Origin: Octopus bimaculoides
Lineage: Eukaryota
NCBI RefSeq assembly: GCF_001194135.2
Contig: NC_069007.1
Coordinates: 15,190,238-15,232,716, forward strand
Direction of reading: 5' to 3'
DNA length: 42,479 nucleotides
The first letter of the stretch is position 1. Every line of letters begins with the position of its first letter. This document shows positions 12,191-22,239 of the stretch, one piece after another. Both the position numbers and the translations under genes were made by a program. The notes below the pieces were generated by a model that did not search any database, had not been told where the DNA came from, and was given only the letters and a program-made list of their open reading frames with translations.

Positions 12191-12616
12191 TATATTGATG
12201 TCCAATTACTTATAGCTAAATTAATGCTCCGGGATTGCAGGAAGCGACATTTCAATTGTTATAATGGTATGGAGCGAATTACGAAATGTCTCTGACAATA
12301 TGCCTCATTCTTAGATAATGGAATTCTTTGGAAATGGTTAGGATAGCAGCGACTATAAATAAGGAAGTTGATTGCAAAGATTTTTGCGTAAATGGAAATC
12401 AGAATATAACTAATATTGGTGAAGATGATATAAGAAGGTATTAATAATATCATTAGAGGAATTTGCAAGAATCATGGGTAGGCGATAGATTCCTCTTTTA
12501 GTTCCATCTCAACCATTTTTTCTTTTTGTTTCTGTTTTTTATTCTTTATGGTAATGTATCTTTTGGCTTTGATTTTGATTTTTGGAGGCTTAGAATGCAT
12601 TTTTTGTAATGTCCCA

Positions 12617-12707
12617 GGTACGGGAATGGCTCGGTGGTAAACAATTTCGTTAGACAACTTGTTTGGATCGATTCCAATGCATGCTACTTTGGAGCAGTGT
12701 CTTCTAC
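12617..12707 (+). mobile_element. SINE family B, old degenerate head
   Basis: ggtacgggaatggctcggtggtaa...ggatcgattccaatgcatgctactttggagcagtgtcttctac aligns with 21639-21735. Confidence 0.65.
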
Positions 12708-12916
12708 GAAAATATATATATATATCAAATCTGATCGAATCTTCCATGTGTTAACATGTACCTGCTTGTGACAATGTCAACTTTCATTCACTAAATATAC
12801 CTTTGGCTTGATGAGTAGCTTGCGGGATGCACCTCGCTTGGATATTTCCTACCTTCGTGGGTCCACTCGCTCTGGAACCTATGTAGACCGGATCTTTTCT
12901 ACTCCCTTCCTTAAAT

Positions 12917-13006
12917 GGTGAGTGGATATGGTAGATGGAAACTGAAAGAACCCCGTCGTATGTATGTATGTATGTATGTATGTATGTATATATATATATA
13001 TATATA
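12917..13006 (+). mobile_element. SINE family B core end plus internal (TATG)n(TA)n
   Basis: tggtgagtggatatggtagatggaaactgaaagaaccccgtcgtat matches 21760-21808. Confidence 0.85.
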
Positions 13007-13124
13007 NNNNNNNNNNNNNNNNNNNNNNNNNNNNNNNNNNNNNNNNNNNNNNNNNNNNNNNNNNNNNNNNNNNNNNNNNNNNNNNNNNNNNNNNNNNNNN
13101 NNNNNNNNNNNNNNNNNNNNNNNN

Positions 13125-13341
13125 TAAATACAAAATGGCTGATAGTTAGCAAGGTGAGACACACATAAGAAAGAAGGAAACAAAGGACCACTGATGAGGT
13201 CACAGAAGTGTGACTAAAGAACTCTGGCCGAAATAAGATTAAGATTAATGTAATATAAAGCTGAAGCAAATTAACACCAAATATACAGTGCGTGTGTTTT
13301 TATTGGCTAAACTGGCAATATGACCATCCCCAAGTACAACA
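13125..13341 (+). mobile_element. Putative Penelope-like element terminal fragment sitting in a (TA)n tract
   Basis: Unique sequence flanked by (TA)n (left side seen across a gap), between two halves of a family-B SINE, and carrying a hammerhead-like fold. Family assignment is inference. Confidence 0.45.
13185..13229 (+). ncRNA. Degenerate type I minimal hammerhead ribozyme motif (predicted inactive)
   Basis: GGACCA-CUGAUGA-G-GUCACA(GAAG)UGUGAC-U-AAA-GAAC-UC-UGGCC: intact CUGAUGA, perfect 6-bp stem II, A-U pair closing a 4-nt loop III, CUC cleavage triplet, stem I CCA/UGG. The core GAAA has lost its G. Confidence 0.55.
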
Positions 13342-13362
<21 letters not shown>

Positions 13363-13373
<11 letters not shown>

Positions 13374-13440
13374 CTATATGCTTGTGTGTCTGTGTTTGTC
13401 CCCCAATATCACTTGACAACCGATGGTGGTGTGTTTACGT
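13363..13440 (+). mobile_element. SINE family B, start of 3' half
   Basis: tgtgtttgtcccccaatatcacttgacaaccgatggtggtgtgttta matches 21974-22020. Confidence 0.88.
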
Positions 13441-13474
13441 TTGGGGACAAACACAGACACACAAACATATAGAC
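13372..13474. repeat. Inverted repeat, 34-35-bp arms with a 34-nt loop
   Basis: Arm 13372-13406 versus reverse complement of 13441-13474: one mismatch and one extra C. Confidence 0.95.
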
Positions 13475-13543
13475 TCGATAAAATAAGTATCAGTTGAGTA
13501 CTGGGATCAATGCAGTCGATATAACCCCTCCCCCAAAATTGCT
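13475..13543 (+). mobile_element. SINE family A, 3' fragment
   Basis: tcgataaaataagtatcagttgagtactgggatcaat...cccctcccccaaaattgctggcc. Confidence 0.8.
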
Positions 13544-13756
13544 GGCCACGAGCTTGCAGGATCGTTAGCCTGCCGGGCAAAATTCATAATGACATTTCGT
13601 CCGCCGCTACGTTCTGTGTTCAAATTACGCTGAGGTCGACTTTGCTTTTCATCCTTCCGGAGATCGATTAACTAAGTACCAGTCATGCACTGGTGTCATT
13701 GTGATCCAGTTTCCCCCTTCCTCATGATTCCAAGCCTTGTGCCTATAAGAGAAAGG
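13544..13756 (+). mobile_element. SINE family A, full length
   Basis: Head ggccacgagcttgcagg, B-box gttcaaattac, core gaggtcgactttgcttttcatcc, tail ccttgtgcctataagagaaagg. Confidence 0.88.
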
Positions 13757-14305
13757 ATTATTATTAATATTATTATTATTAATATTATTATCATTAATAT
13801 TTTTATTATTAATATTATTATTATTAATATTATAGTTATTAATATTAGTATTATTAATATTATTATTATTAATATTATTATTATTAATATTATAATTATT
13901 AATATTATTATCATTAATATTATTATTATTNNNNNNNNNNNNNNNATTATTATTAATATTATTATTATTAATATTATTATCATTAATATTTTTATTATTA
14001 ATATTATTATTATTAATATTATAGTTATTAATATTATTATTATTAATATTATTATTATTAATATTATTATTATTAATATTATAATTATTAATATTATTAT
14101 CATTAATATTATTATTATTAATATCATTATTATTAATATTATTATTATTAATATTATTATTATTAATATTATTATTATTAATATTATTATCATTAATATT
14201 ATTATTATTAATATTATTATTAATATTATTATTATTAATATTATTATTATTAATATTTTTATTATTAATATTATTATTATTAATATTAATATCATTAATA
14301 TTATT
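13757..14305. repeat. 15-bp AT-only minisatellite (ATTATTATTATTAAT)n
   Basis: About 35 units; translates as (IIIIN)n; 15-N gap at 13931-13945. Confidence 0.95.
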
Positions 14306-14310
14306 TTGAA

Positions 14311-14480
14311 GATGGCAAGCTGGTAGAATCGTTGATCAAACTTTGCAGAGATCAACTTTGATTTTGTATCGATTTTATCCGGATCGATAAAATATAGTAC
14401 CAGTTATGCATTGGGGTGCATGATATCAACCAGTACCATCCCTCAAGATTTCAGGCCTTGTGCTAATAAAAGAAATTATT
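14311..14480 (+). mobile_element. SINE family A with internal deletion
   Basis: ggcaagctggtagaatcgtt...gatcgataaaatatagtaccagttatgcattgggg...ttcaggccttgtgc. Confidence 0.75.
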
Positions 14481-15615
14481 TACACATTCTTTCTATATTC
14501 CTTCCGTCTTCGTCTCTTTCTATTCTTCATCTTTCTCGTTTGTTGTTTCTTCTAACTCCACTTTTTCTCCTCATTCATTCATTCATTCATTCATTCATTC
14601 CCTCCTTCCTTCTTATGCCTCATTTTCTTCTTCTTCTGAACTTTTTTCTTCATTTATCCCTATCCTTCACTTCTATTTCTCTTCCTTCTACCCTTTCTCC
14701 TTTTCTACTATTTCCACTTTCCTTCTTTTTCCTAATTCTCCACCTTCGTTCGTTTATTTCATTCCCACTACGTTTATTTCGTTCCCTATCCTTGTCATTC
14801 TTATCTCCCCACTTCCTTTATACCTTCTACTCCTCCTTTCTCCTTTTCCTTCCTTCTTTTCTTTCTCCCTTTCCTACCTACTTTCAGTCTTGCCTCTCGT
14901 CTCACTCTCACCTCCTTTTTTCCTTCTGTCTTTCCTTCACATCCCTTTCTCTCCTCTTTCCGCTTATCACTCCCCTTCTCCCTCTCCCTCTCTCTTTCTC
15001 ATTCATTCACTCTCTTTCCTCGCTTCCTCTCTCTATTTCTCTCGTTCCCTACTCCTCTCCCTCTTTTCCTCTCTCCTCTCTGTATCTCTCGTTCCCTTAC
15101 CTTTCTCTCTCAATCCCTCACCCCTTTTATCTTCCTCTCTCCTTCTCCTCTCCTTTCCTCACTCACCTTCTTCCTTCCCTCCTTTCTCTCCTTCCTTCGC
15201 TCGCCTTTCTCTCCCCTGTTTCGCGTTCCTTCACTCCTGTTCGTTTCTTCTCCTTTCTCTTTCAATCTCTGACCCTTTCTGTCTTCCTCTTTCCTTCACC
15301 TCTCCTTCTGTCACTCTCCTTCTTCTTTCCCTCTCTTCTCTCCTTCTTCACTGCCTTTTCTCCTCTGTTTCTCGTTCCATTACTCCCCTTCCTTTCTTCC
15401 CCTTTTTCTCTTAATCTCTGACCCCTTCTATCTTCCTCTCTCCTTTTCCTCTCCTTCCTCCACTCACCTTCTTCCTTCCCTCTCTTCTGTCCTTCCTTCA
15501 CTCGCCTTTTTCCCCTCTGTTTCTCGTTCCCCTCACTCCCATTCCTCTCTCTATCTCTCCCTCCTCTTTCTCTCTCTCTCTCTATCTCTGCCTCCTCCTT
15601 CTCTCACTCTCCCCA
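14480..15615. repeat. Polypyrimidine tract with a ~150-bp tandem unit
   Basis: Landmark (t/c)aatc(c/t)ct(c/g)accc at 15110, 15262 and 15411; explains the 336-aa S/L/F ORF. Confidence 0.88.
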
Positions 15616-15779
15616 TCTCACACTCAGCACTTCCCACACCAACACCAATATGAAACGATTTCAATCCAACTTTAATGAACACAGATACTAACGGAAAGAA
15701 TTAAATCTTAATCTCTTTCCTAATATCTTTCTCTTCATTTATTTATTGCTTCATTCTCATAGTTTCAATTTTCTTGATT

Positions 15780-16033
15780 GTCATCACCATCACAACCACC
15801 ATTAATATCATCAGTATTACAATTATCATCATCAGCAGCAGCACCATCTTCATCATCATCATCATCATCATCATTATAATTATTGTTATTATTCAATACC
15901 ATCATCAGGATTGAAGATCTTAGCATTAAATTCACAAGTCTTTTCTCTTCTTCATCATCTGCTACGTCTCCTACATGTTCTCCTTTTACTTCTTCATCTT
16001 CTTCTTCTTCTTCTTCATCTTCTTCTTCTTCTT

Positions 16034-16064
<31 letters not shown>

Positions 16065-16077
16065 TTCTTCTTCTTCA

Positions 16078-16108
<31 letters not shown>

Positions 16109-16196
16109 CTTCTTCTCATTATTATTATTATTATTCTCCTCCTCCTACTTCTTCTATTTCTTCTTTTCATTCTTCTTCTTCTTCTTCTTCTTCTTC

Positions 16197-16241
<45 letters not shown>

Positions 16242-16309
16242 TCCTCCTCCTACTTCTTCTACTTCTTCTTTTCATTCTTCTTCTTCTTCTTCTTCTTCTT
16301 CTTCTTCTT

Positions 16310-16358
<49 letters not shown>

Positions 16359-16533
16359 TCCCCCTCCTCATCCTACTTCTTCTACTTCTTTTCATTCTTC
16401 TACTTTTGCTTCTTCTCTTCTTCACATCTTATTTCTTCATTTTTTCCTTCTTTTCTTTCCCTCTTCGTCTTGTTGGTTTGCTTTTTCTTCTTCTTCTTTT
16501 TCTTCTGATTAATATTATTATTACTATTATTAT

Positions 16534-16571
<38 letters not shown>

Positions 16572-17083
16572 TTATTATTATTATTATTATTATTATTATG
16601 ATTATTATTATTATTAATTTTTAATCTTTATCATCATCATTATCATTAGTGATATTAGCATTAAACTCAGAATTATCATGACCATCATCATCATTATTAT
16701 CATCAACATCATCAACATCACCGTCGCCATCATCGGCACTATTGTTCGTTGTAGTATTATTGTTATTAATATTGTTATTAGTACTAATTTGATATCATTT
16801 ATCATTTTTTATTCCTTATCATCTTTATCTGTATTAACGCTATTACCATTAAAATCAGAGTTACTATTAGTAGTAATAGCATTATAGCAATTGTTATTAC
16901 TATTATCATCACATTTATTATTGATAATACTAAGCCCCTTATATTATTATCGTTATTGTCATTATCATAATCATTATTATTGTTATTGTTATTTTTATTA
17001 TTATCATTATAATTTTTTATAGTTATTTGTTATGTAATTATTGTTTTAACCATTATCGTCATCATCATTATTATTATTATTAA

Positions 17084-17137
<54 letters not shown>

Positions 17138-17148
17138 CATTATTATTA

Positions 17149-17191
<43 letters not shown>
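15780..17191. repeat. Trinucleotide microsatellite field (CAT)/(TCT)/(ATT)/(ACT)
   Basis: Direct inspection. Confidence 0.95.
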
Positions 17192-18489
17192 NNNNNNNNN
17201 NNNNNNNNNNNNNNNNNNNNNNNNNNNNNNNNNNNNNNNNNNNNNNNNNNNNNNNNNNNNNNNNNNNNNNNNNNNNNNNNNNNNNNNNNNNNNNNNNNNN
17301 NNNNNNNNNNNNNNNNNNNNNNNNNNNNNNNNNNNNNNNNNNNNNNNNNNNNNNNNNNNNNNNNNNNNNNNNNNNNNNNNNNNNNNNNNNNNNNNNNNNN
17401 NNNNNNNNNNNNNNNNNNNNNNNNNNNNNNNNNNNNNNNNNNNNNNNNNNNNNNNNNNNNNNNNNNNNNNNNNNNNNNNNNNNNNNNNNNNNNNNNNNNN
17501 NNNNNNNNNNNNNNNNNNNNNNNNNNNNNNNNNNNNNNNNNNNNNNNNNNNNNNNNNNNNNNNNNNNNNNNNNNNNNNNNNNNNNNNNNNNNNNNNNNNN
17601 NNNNNNNNNNNNNNNNNNNNNNNNNNNNNNNNNNNNNNNNNNNNNNNNNNNNNNNNNNNNNNNNNNNNNNNNNNNNNNNNNNNNNNNNNNNNNNNNNNNN
17701 NNNNNNNNNNNNNNNNNNNNNNNNNNNNNNNNNNNNNNNNNNNNNNNNNNNNNNNNNNNNNNNNNNNNNNNNNNNNNNATATATATATATATATACACAC
17801 TTGCAAACAATATACCTATACAAACAAGGCATATAAAAGGAGTGATTTTGGTTAAGTCAGAAAGAAGGCAAAGAAAGGCGCAGAGGTACTGTACCACCTG
17901 TTGTCTCAATGACTGGTGCCATGCTAAATGTGTTTCAGGAAGTCATAATCACCGTAACACTGATCGAACAGAAAATAAGCTTCTCGAATACTAGGATCAC
18001 TGGCAGATTATGGCCACGGTGCCAGGGTTCCAGAAATCTTAGAATCACACGAATTTGGAAGTACAAAGTGATGCTTATCTTGTTATCAGCTTCGCGTAAT
18101 AGTACATACATAAACCGTAGGCAGCAGAGGACAAGAAAACCAGCTGCGCGTTGTCTGCACGAATATTCACGAGCTACTAACTCCAGTAGCTATTCTTGAG
18201 CTTTATTACGTTAAAGATTTAGAATGTTATGTCAGTTAGAATGGTGGTGCAGCGGAAAGGCTTAGCTGCTAAACATGTGGTTCTCAAAGGACAGTTCAGA
18301 AACTTCTCTCAAGAAAAGTAGAGAAGAGNNNNNNNNNNNNNNNNNNNNNNNNNNNNNNNNNNNNNNNNNNNNNNNNNNNNNNNNNNNNNNNNNNNNNNNN
18401 NNNNNNNNNNNNNNNNNNNNNNNNNNNNNNNNNNNNNNNNNNNNNNNNNNNNNNNNNNNNNNNNNNNNNNNNNNNNNNNNNNNNNNNNN

Positions 18490-18700
18490 GTCAGTGGCGG
18501 CGTCAGTGGCGGCGTCAGTGGCGGCGGCGGCGGCGTTGGTGGTGGTATTAGAGGTGGGGTGATATTGTGGATGGTGTTGGAGGTCGTGCTTGAGTCATTT
18601 TTTAATTTTATCTTGTTCTTCACTGCTGCAACTGCTTCTCTTGCTACTACTGTTGTTGTAGTTGTTGTTGCTGTTGTTGCTCTTGTTCTTGTTGTTTCTG
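18490..18700. repeat. gtcagtggcggc x3 followed by (GGC)/(GGT)/(GTT) low complexity
   Basis: Direct inspection. Confidence 0.75.
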
Positions 18701-18859
18701 ATTTATCTTTCGACCATATCAATTAGTGGTGGGAGAATAATGTCGTAATGGCAGTTCCAGCAGCCATCACACCCTCCAATTCTGGTAGCCATATTAGTTT
18801 CTGTTTTTGTTATTCCCTTAACTCATTAAAAACAGTTGCAAATTTTCTTATAACTTAGC

Positions 18860-21115
18860 TGTCACCTCATTGTTAAGTACTGAATGCTTTAAAGATACCC
18901 ACGAATCTCTCTGCTAATCCATTGGATTAAGGATGATTTGGAGGAATTTTACATGAATGATACCAATTTCCGTACAAAGTATTGTGAATTCTAGAGACGT
19001 GAGTGTGAATTTTAGACCGTTATCCGAGACTAAAACACGTATCATGAATAAAAGTCGGTGTAGCTTTTATATTGTGAATGAAGTTGTTGCTTTTTTCATA
19101 ATGAAGACATCCGGCTATTCATATAATGCATCGGTCGTAATTAAAATGTAGTTACCATTATGCGGTCCTGCAAAATCTATGTATACTCTAGTTCATGGTA
19201 CTTTCGAAACTGTCCAAGGAACGCTTATCTGAATAGGTAATTTTGATGGCCTGGCACATTTTGCACATGATTGCACAAGAGACAGGATATGTTTGTCAAG
19301 TCTCGGACAGTAAATATAACTTCCTGTTAAAGCCGTGAAATTCTTGAAATTCCTGAGCGATGTGCGTGAAATTGGTTAAGTACCAACATTTTCAGACTGT
19401 TTGGAATAAGAAAACGATTAGCCGTCATTAAATTGTCATCAACAACTGAGAGATTATTTCGTTTCAAATAGAATGACTGCATGTCTTTATCGCAAACATT
19501 TTCTGGCCTACCATATCTATGATATTCGCTAACTCACAAGTGGAACTCTATCAACGGAACAGCCTGCTCATGAAATTAACGTGCAAGTGGCTGAGTACTC
19601 CACAGACACGCGTACCCTTAACGTAGTTCTCGAGGAGATTCAGCGTGACACAGAGTGTGACAAGGCAGGCTCTTTGAAATATAGGAAGTATTCATTTTAC
19701 CAGCTGACTGGAATGGAGGAAGTGCAATAAAGTTCCTTTCTCAAAGACAAAATGCGCTGCCGGGAATTGAACTCATGACCTTGCGATCAAGGGCCAAATA
19801 CCCTAATTACTAAGCCACGTGTTTGCACCTATAACATTTGATAATTTCTTGTAGAACAGGTTCATTTAATGTTCCTTGCTTTACCAGCTCTAAAGTAGCA
19901 GATAAGAGTTTGATTGAATTCACTAGCACATGGTGGATCTCAACTTCAAAATTTGTGTTAGAAATTGCGACGCTTTTTGTCATTGCTGGATATTCGGTTA
20001 CTAAGTGCTAAAAACAAATGCATACGCAACGAATAAATTTGGAGTATAATTTATATTGAATTTGTAGCTCAAAAGCATGGTTGTACAACGTCGCAAATGA
20101 TTCGCTGTGCATAGCGTTATTCCAGGTTTTGGACCAAATATTTTGAAGAGTGGCTCATTGTCAATTTGAAAAGTCAACATTTTACCATATATCATGCGAT
20201 TAAATATTTTACTGCATAAATAAGTGTCAATGCTTCCGTTTCTATTTGCGAATATTTCTTTTCAATTTTTGATAGTCTCTTAGCAGCATGTATAACTTGC
20301 TGATATGGCTTACCAATGATTTTATGCCAGAGTACTGCTCCTATTCCATAATCTGAGGCATCTATAGCAACGATACGTTCCTTGCTCCAACCAAAGAGAA
20401 TCAATATCATATCAGTTGATGATATTTGTTTGTAATTCCCGAATGACTCTTGACACTGCGGAGACCAATCCCATTTTGCGTTGCTAACAAGTAATGAGTT
20501 TAGTAGGCCACTTATTCGATACATGCAAGGTATAAATAAGCTGTAATAACTAACTATTCCTAAAAAAAAGAACGCAGTTTAGTTATTATCTCTGTATGTG
20601 GTGGTAATTCCTTGACAATTGCCGGGTTTTTTTTTTCAGGATCTTTATTCCCGACAAATCCCAAATATGCTTATTAAGGAAGAAAAACTGACCATTAATC
20701 TGGTTTCAGACTAAGACCATATTTATTAATTCGTTTAAAGAGATTACTTAAAGGTTCTTTGTGTTCAGTTTCAGTTGATAATACGATGATAACGCCATAG
20801 CAGTACACAAAGGCTTATGAAATATCTGCAAGCATGATATCCATTAGCTGTTGGAAAATCCCCGATTTGCTCTGAATGGTAATTTGTTGTATTGGTATAA
20901 TTCTTTTGATGTATCACCTACAGCTATTTGCAAATATGTTTCTGCTATATCAAGTTTATAAAATCACTACCACCACAAATACCACCTTCCCCACTATTTC
21001 ATTTTGCAAATAAGTCTTCGGGAACAAATGCTGGACACCAATGTAGATCTAATGAATGATTAAGCCCCGTAGAGAAATCAGTACATATACGTCATTTGAT
21101 TTCTTTACTTTTGAT
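18860..21115 (-). pseudogene. Gypsy pol remnant: RT, RNase H, integrase
   Basis: Manual translation across frameshifts: VKKSN..DFSTGLN, PEDLFAK, KLDIAETYLQ, YQYNKLPF, GIFQQLMDIML, YCYG at 20794-20805 (decayed YxDD), FLGIVSYY, DASDYGIGAVL (20333-20363), YSQIETEAL, IFGPKPGITLCTANHL, FH..H..SCAKC zinc finger, IDFAGP (19163-19180), VSDNG (19016-19027), SNGLAERFV (18901-18926). Confidence 0.95.
19529..19828 (-). mobile_element. tRNA-derived SINE family C inserted in Gypsy pol
   Basis: Minus-strand head gtgcaaacacgtggcttagtaattaggg with B-box gagttcaattcc (19763-19774); flanked by imperfect direct repeats ctatgatattcg / ctataacatttg (9/12). Confidence 0.88.
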
Positions 21116-21141
21116 TCACATCTGATATTACACTCAAATTT

Positions 21142-21410
21142 CGCTGGTGAGCGGGCAGAATCGTTAGCACACCGGACAAAATGCTGAACGGTATTTCGTC
21201 CGTCTTTACGTCCTGGTTCAAAAGCCGCTGAAGTCTACTTTGGCTTTCGTCCATCGGAGTCGATAAAATAAGTTCCACTTGACCTCTGGGGTCGATTTAA
21301 TCGGCATAGCCCCTTCTCCATCAGTGATGGCCTTTTGCCAAAATTTTAAACCGATATTATATTCAAATTTCGCCGGCGAGCTTGTAGAATCTTTAACACG
21401 CAGGACAATA
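21142..21410 (+). mobile_element. SINE family A plus a second truncated head in tandem
   Basis: gctggtgagcgggcagaatcgttagcac...ggagtcgataaaataag...ctggggtcgat; a second head cgccggcgagcttgtagaatc at 21371; both are preceded by gatatta(c/t)a(c/t)tcaaattt. Confidence 0.85.
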
Positions 21411-21638
21411 AGAATTAGAATAGAACATACATATAAGTAATTTCAGTAAGTAAAATTATATGAGTTCTTATTTTTCACTATGTGCGCATAAGAAAATCAT
21501 GGCTTATTTTAGAATGCTTCCAATTTATAGGGTATTATTAATTCAGCATACTTTAGTGTCATATAACTGTATCTCAATTGAATTATGTTTAAATTTTTTT
21601 ACATTTTGAATCCCGCTTTTTGAATAGAAATACACATA

Positions 21639-22180
21639 GGCGCAGGAGTGGCTGTGTGGTAAGTAGCTTGCTTACCAACCACATGGTTCCAGGTTCATTC
21701 CCACTGCGTGGCACCTTGGGCAAGTGTCTTCTACTATAGCCTCGGGACGACCAAAGCCTTGTGAGTGAATTTGGTAGACGGAAACTGAAAGAAGCCCGTC
21801 GTATATATNNNNNNNNNNNNNNNNNNNNNNNNNNNNNNNNNNNNNNNNNNNNNNNNNNNNNNNNNNNNNNNNNNNNNNNNNNNNNNNNNNNNNNNNNNNN
21901 NNNNNNNNNNNNNNNGTGTGTGTGTGTGTGTGTGTGTGAGTGTGTGTGTGTGTATGTATGTGTGTATGTGTTTGTGTTTGTCCCCCCAACATCGCTTGAC
22001 AACCGATGGTGGTGTGTTTAGTTTCCCGTAACTTAGCGGTTCGGTAAAAAGAGACCGATAGAATAAGTACTAGGCTTCCAATGAATAGGTCCTCGGATTG
22101 CTTAGCTCGACTAAAGGTGGTGCTCCATCATGGCCGCAGTAAAATGACTTAAACAAGTAAGAGAATAAGAGAAAAATAAA
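21639..22180 (+). mobile_element. SINE family B, full length (best copy), with internal (TA)/(TG) microsatellite
   Basis: tRNA-like head ggcgcaggagtggctgtgtggtaag with B-box-like ggttcattccc; CORE-like accttgggcaagtgtc; internal microsatellite and gap; 3' half ending ggtggtgctccatcatggccgcagt...aaacaagtaagagaataa. Confidence 0.93.
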
Positions 22181-22239
22181 AGTTTATATGCCTAATTTGA
22201 GTAATATTAATGTTAGTCATAGCATGGTCAGTGTGGCAG

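Noticed and set aside
12472-12747. Minus-strand ORF with protein-looking HCSKVACIGIDPNK...AIPVPGT
   Set aside because: The relevant part is the antisense of a degenerate SINE B head (12617-12707).
13757-14305. CRISPR-like or coding (IIIIN)n repeat
   Set aside because: No unique spacers; eukaryotic context; AT-only tandem repeat.
14411-15421. 336-aa S/L/F/P ORF, the longest gap-free ORF
   Set aside because: Polypyrimidine DNA cannot form stop codons easily; no coding signal.
21639-21715. tRNA gene
   Set aside because: A- and B-box-like motifs are SINE heads; no complete cloverleaf, and each continues into a SINE body.
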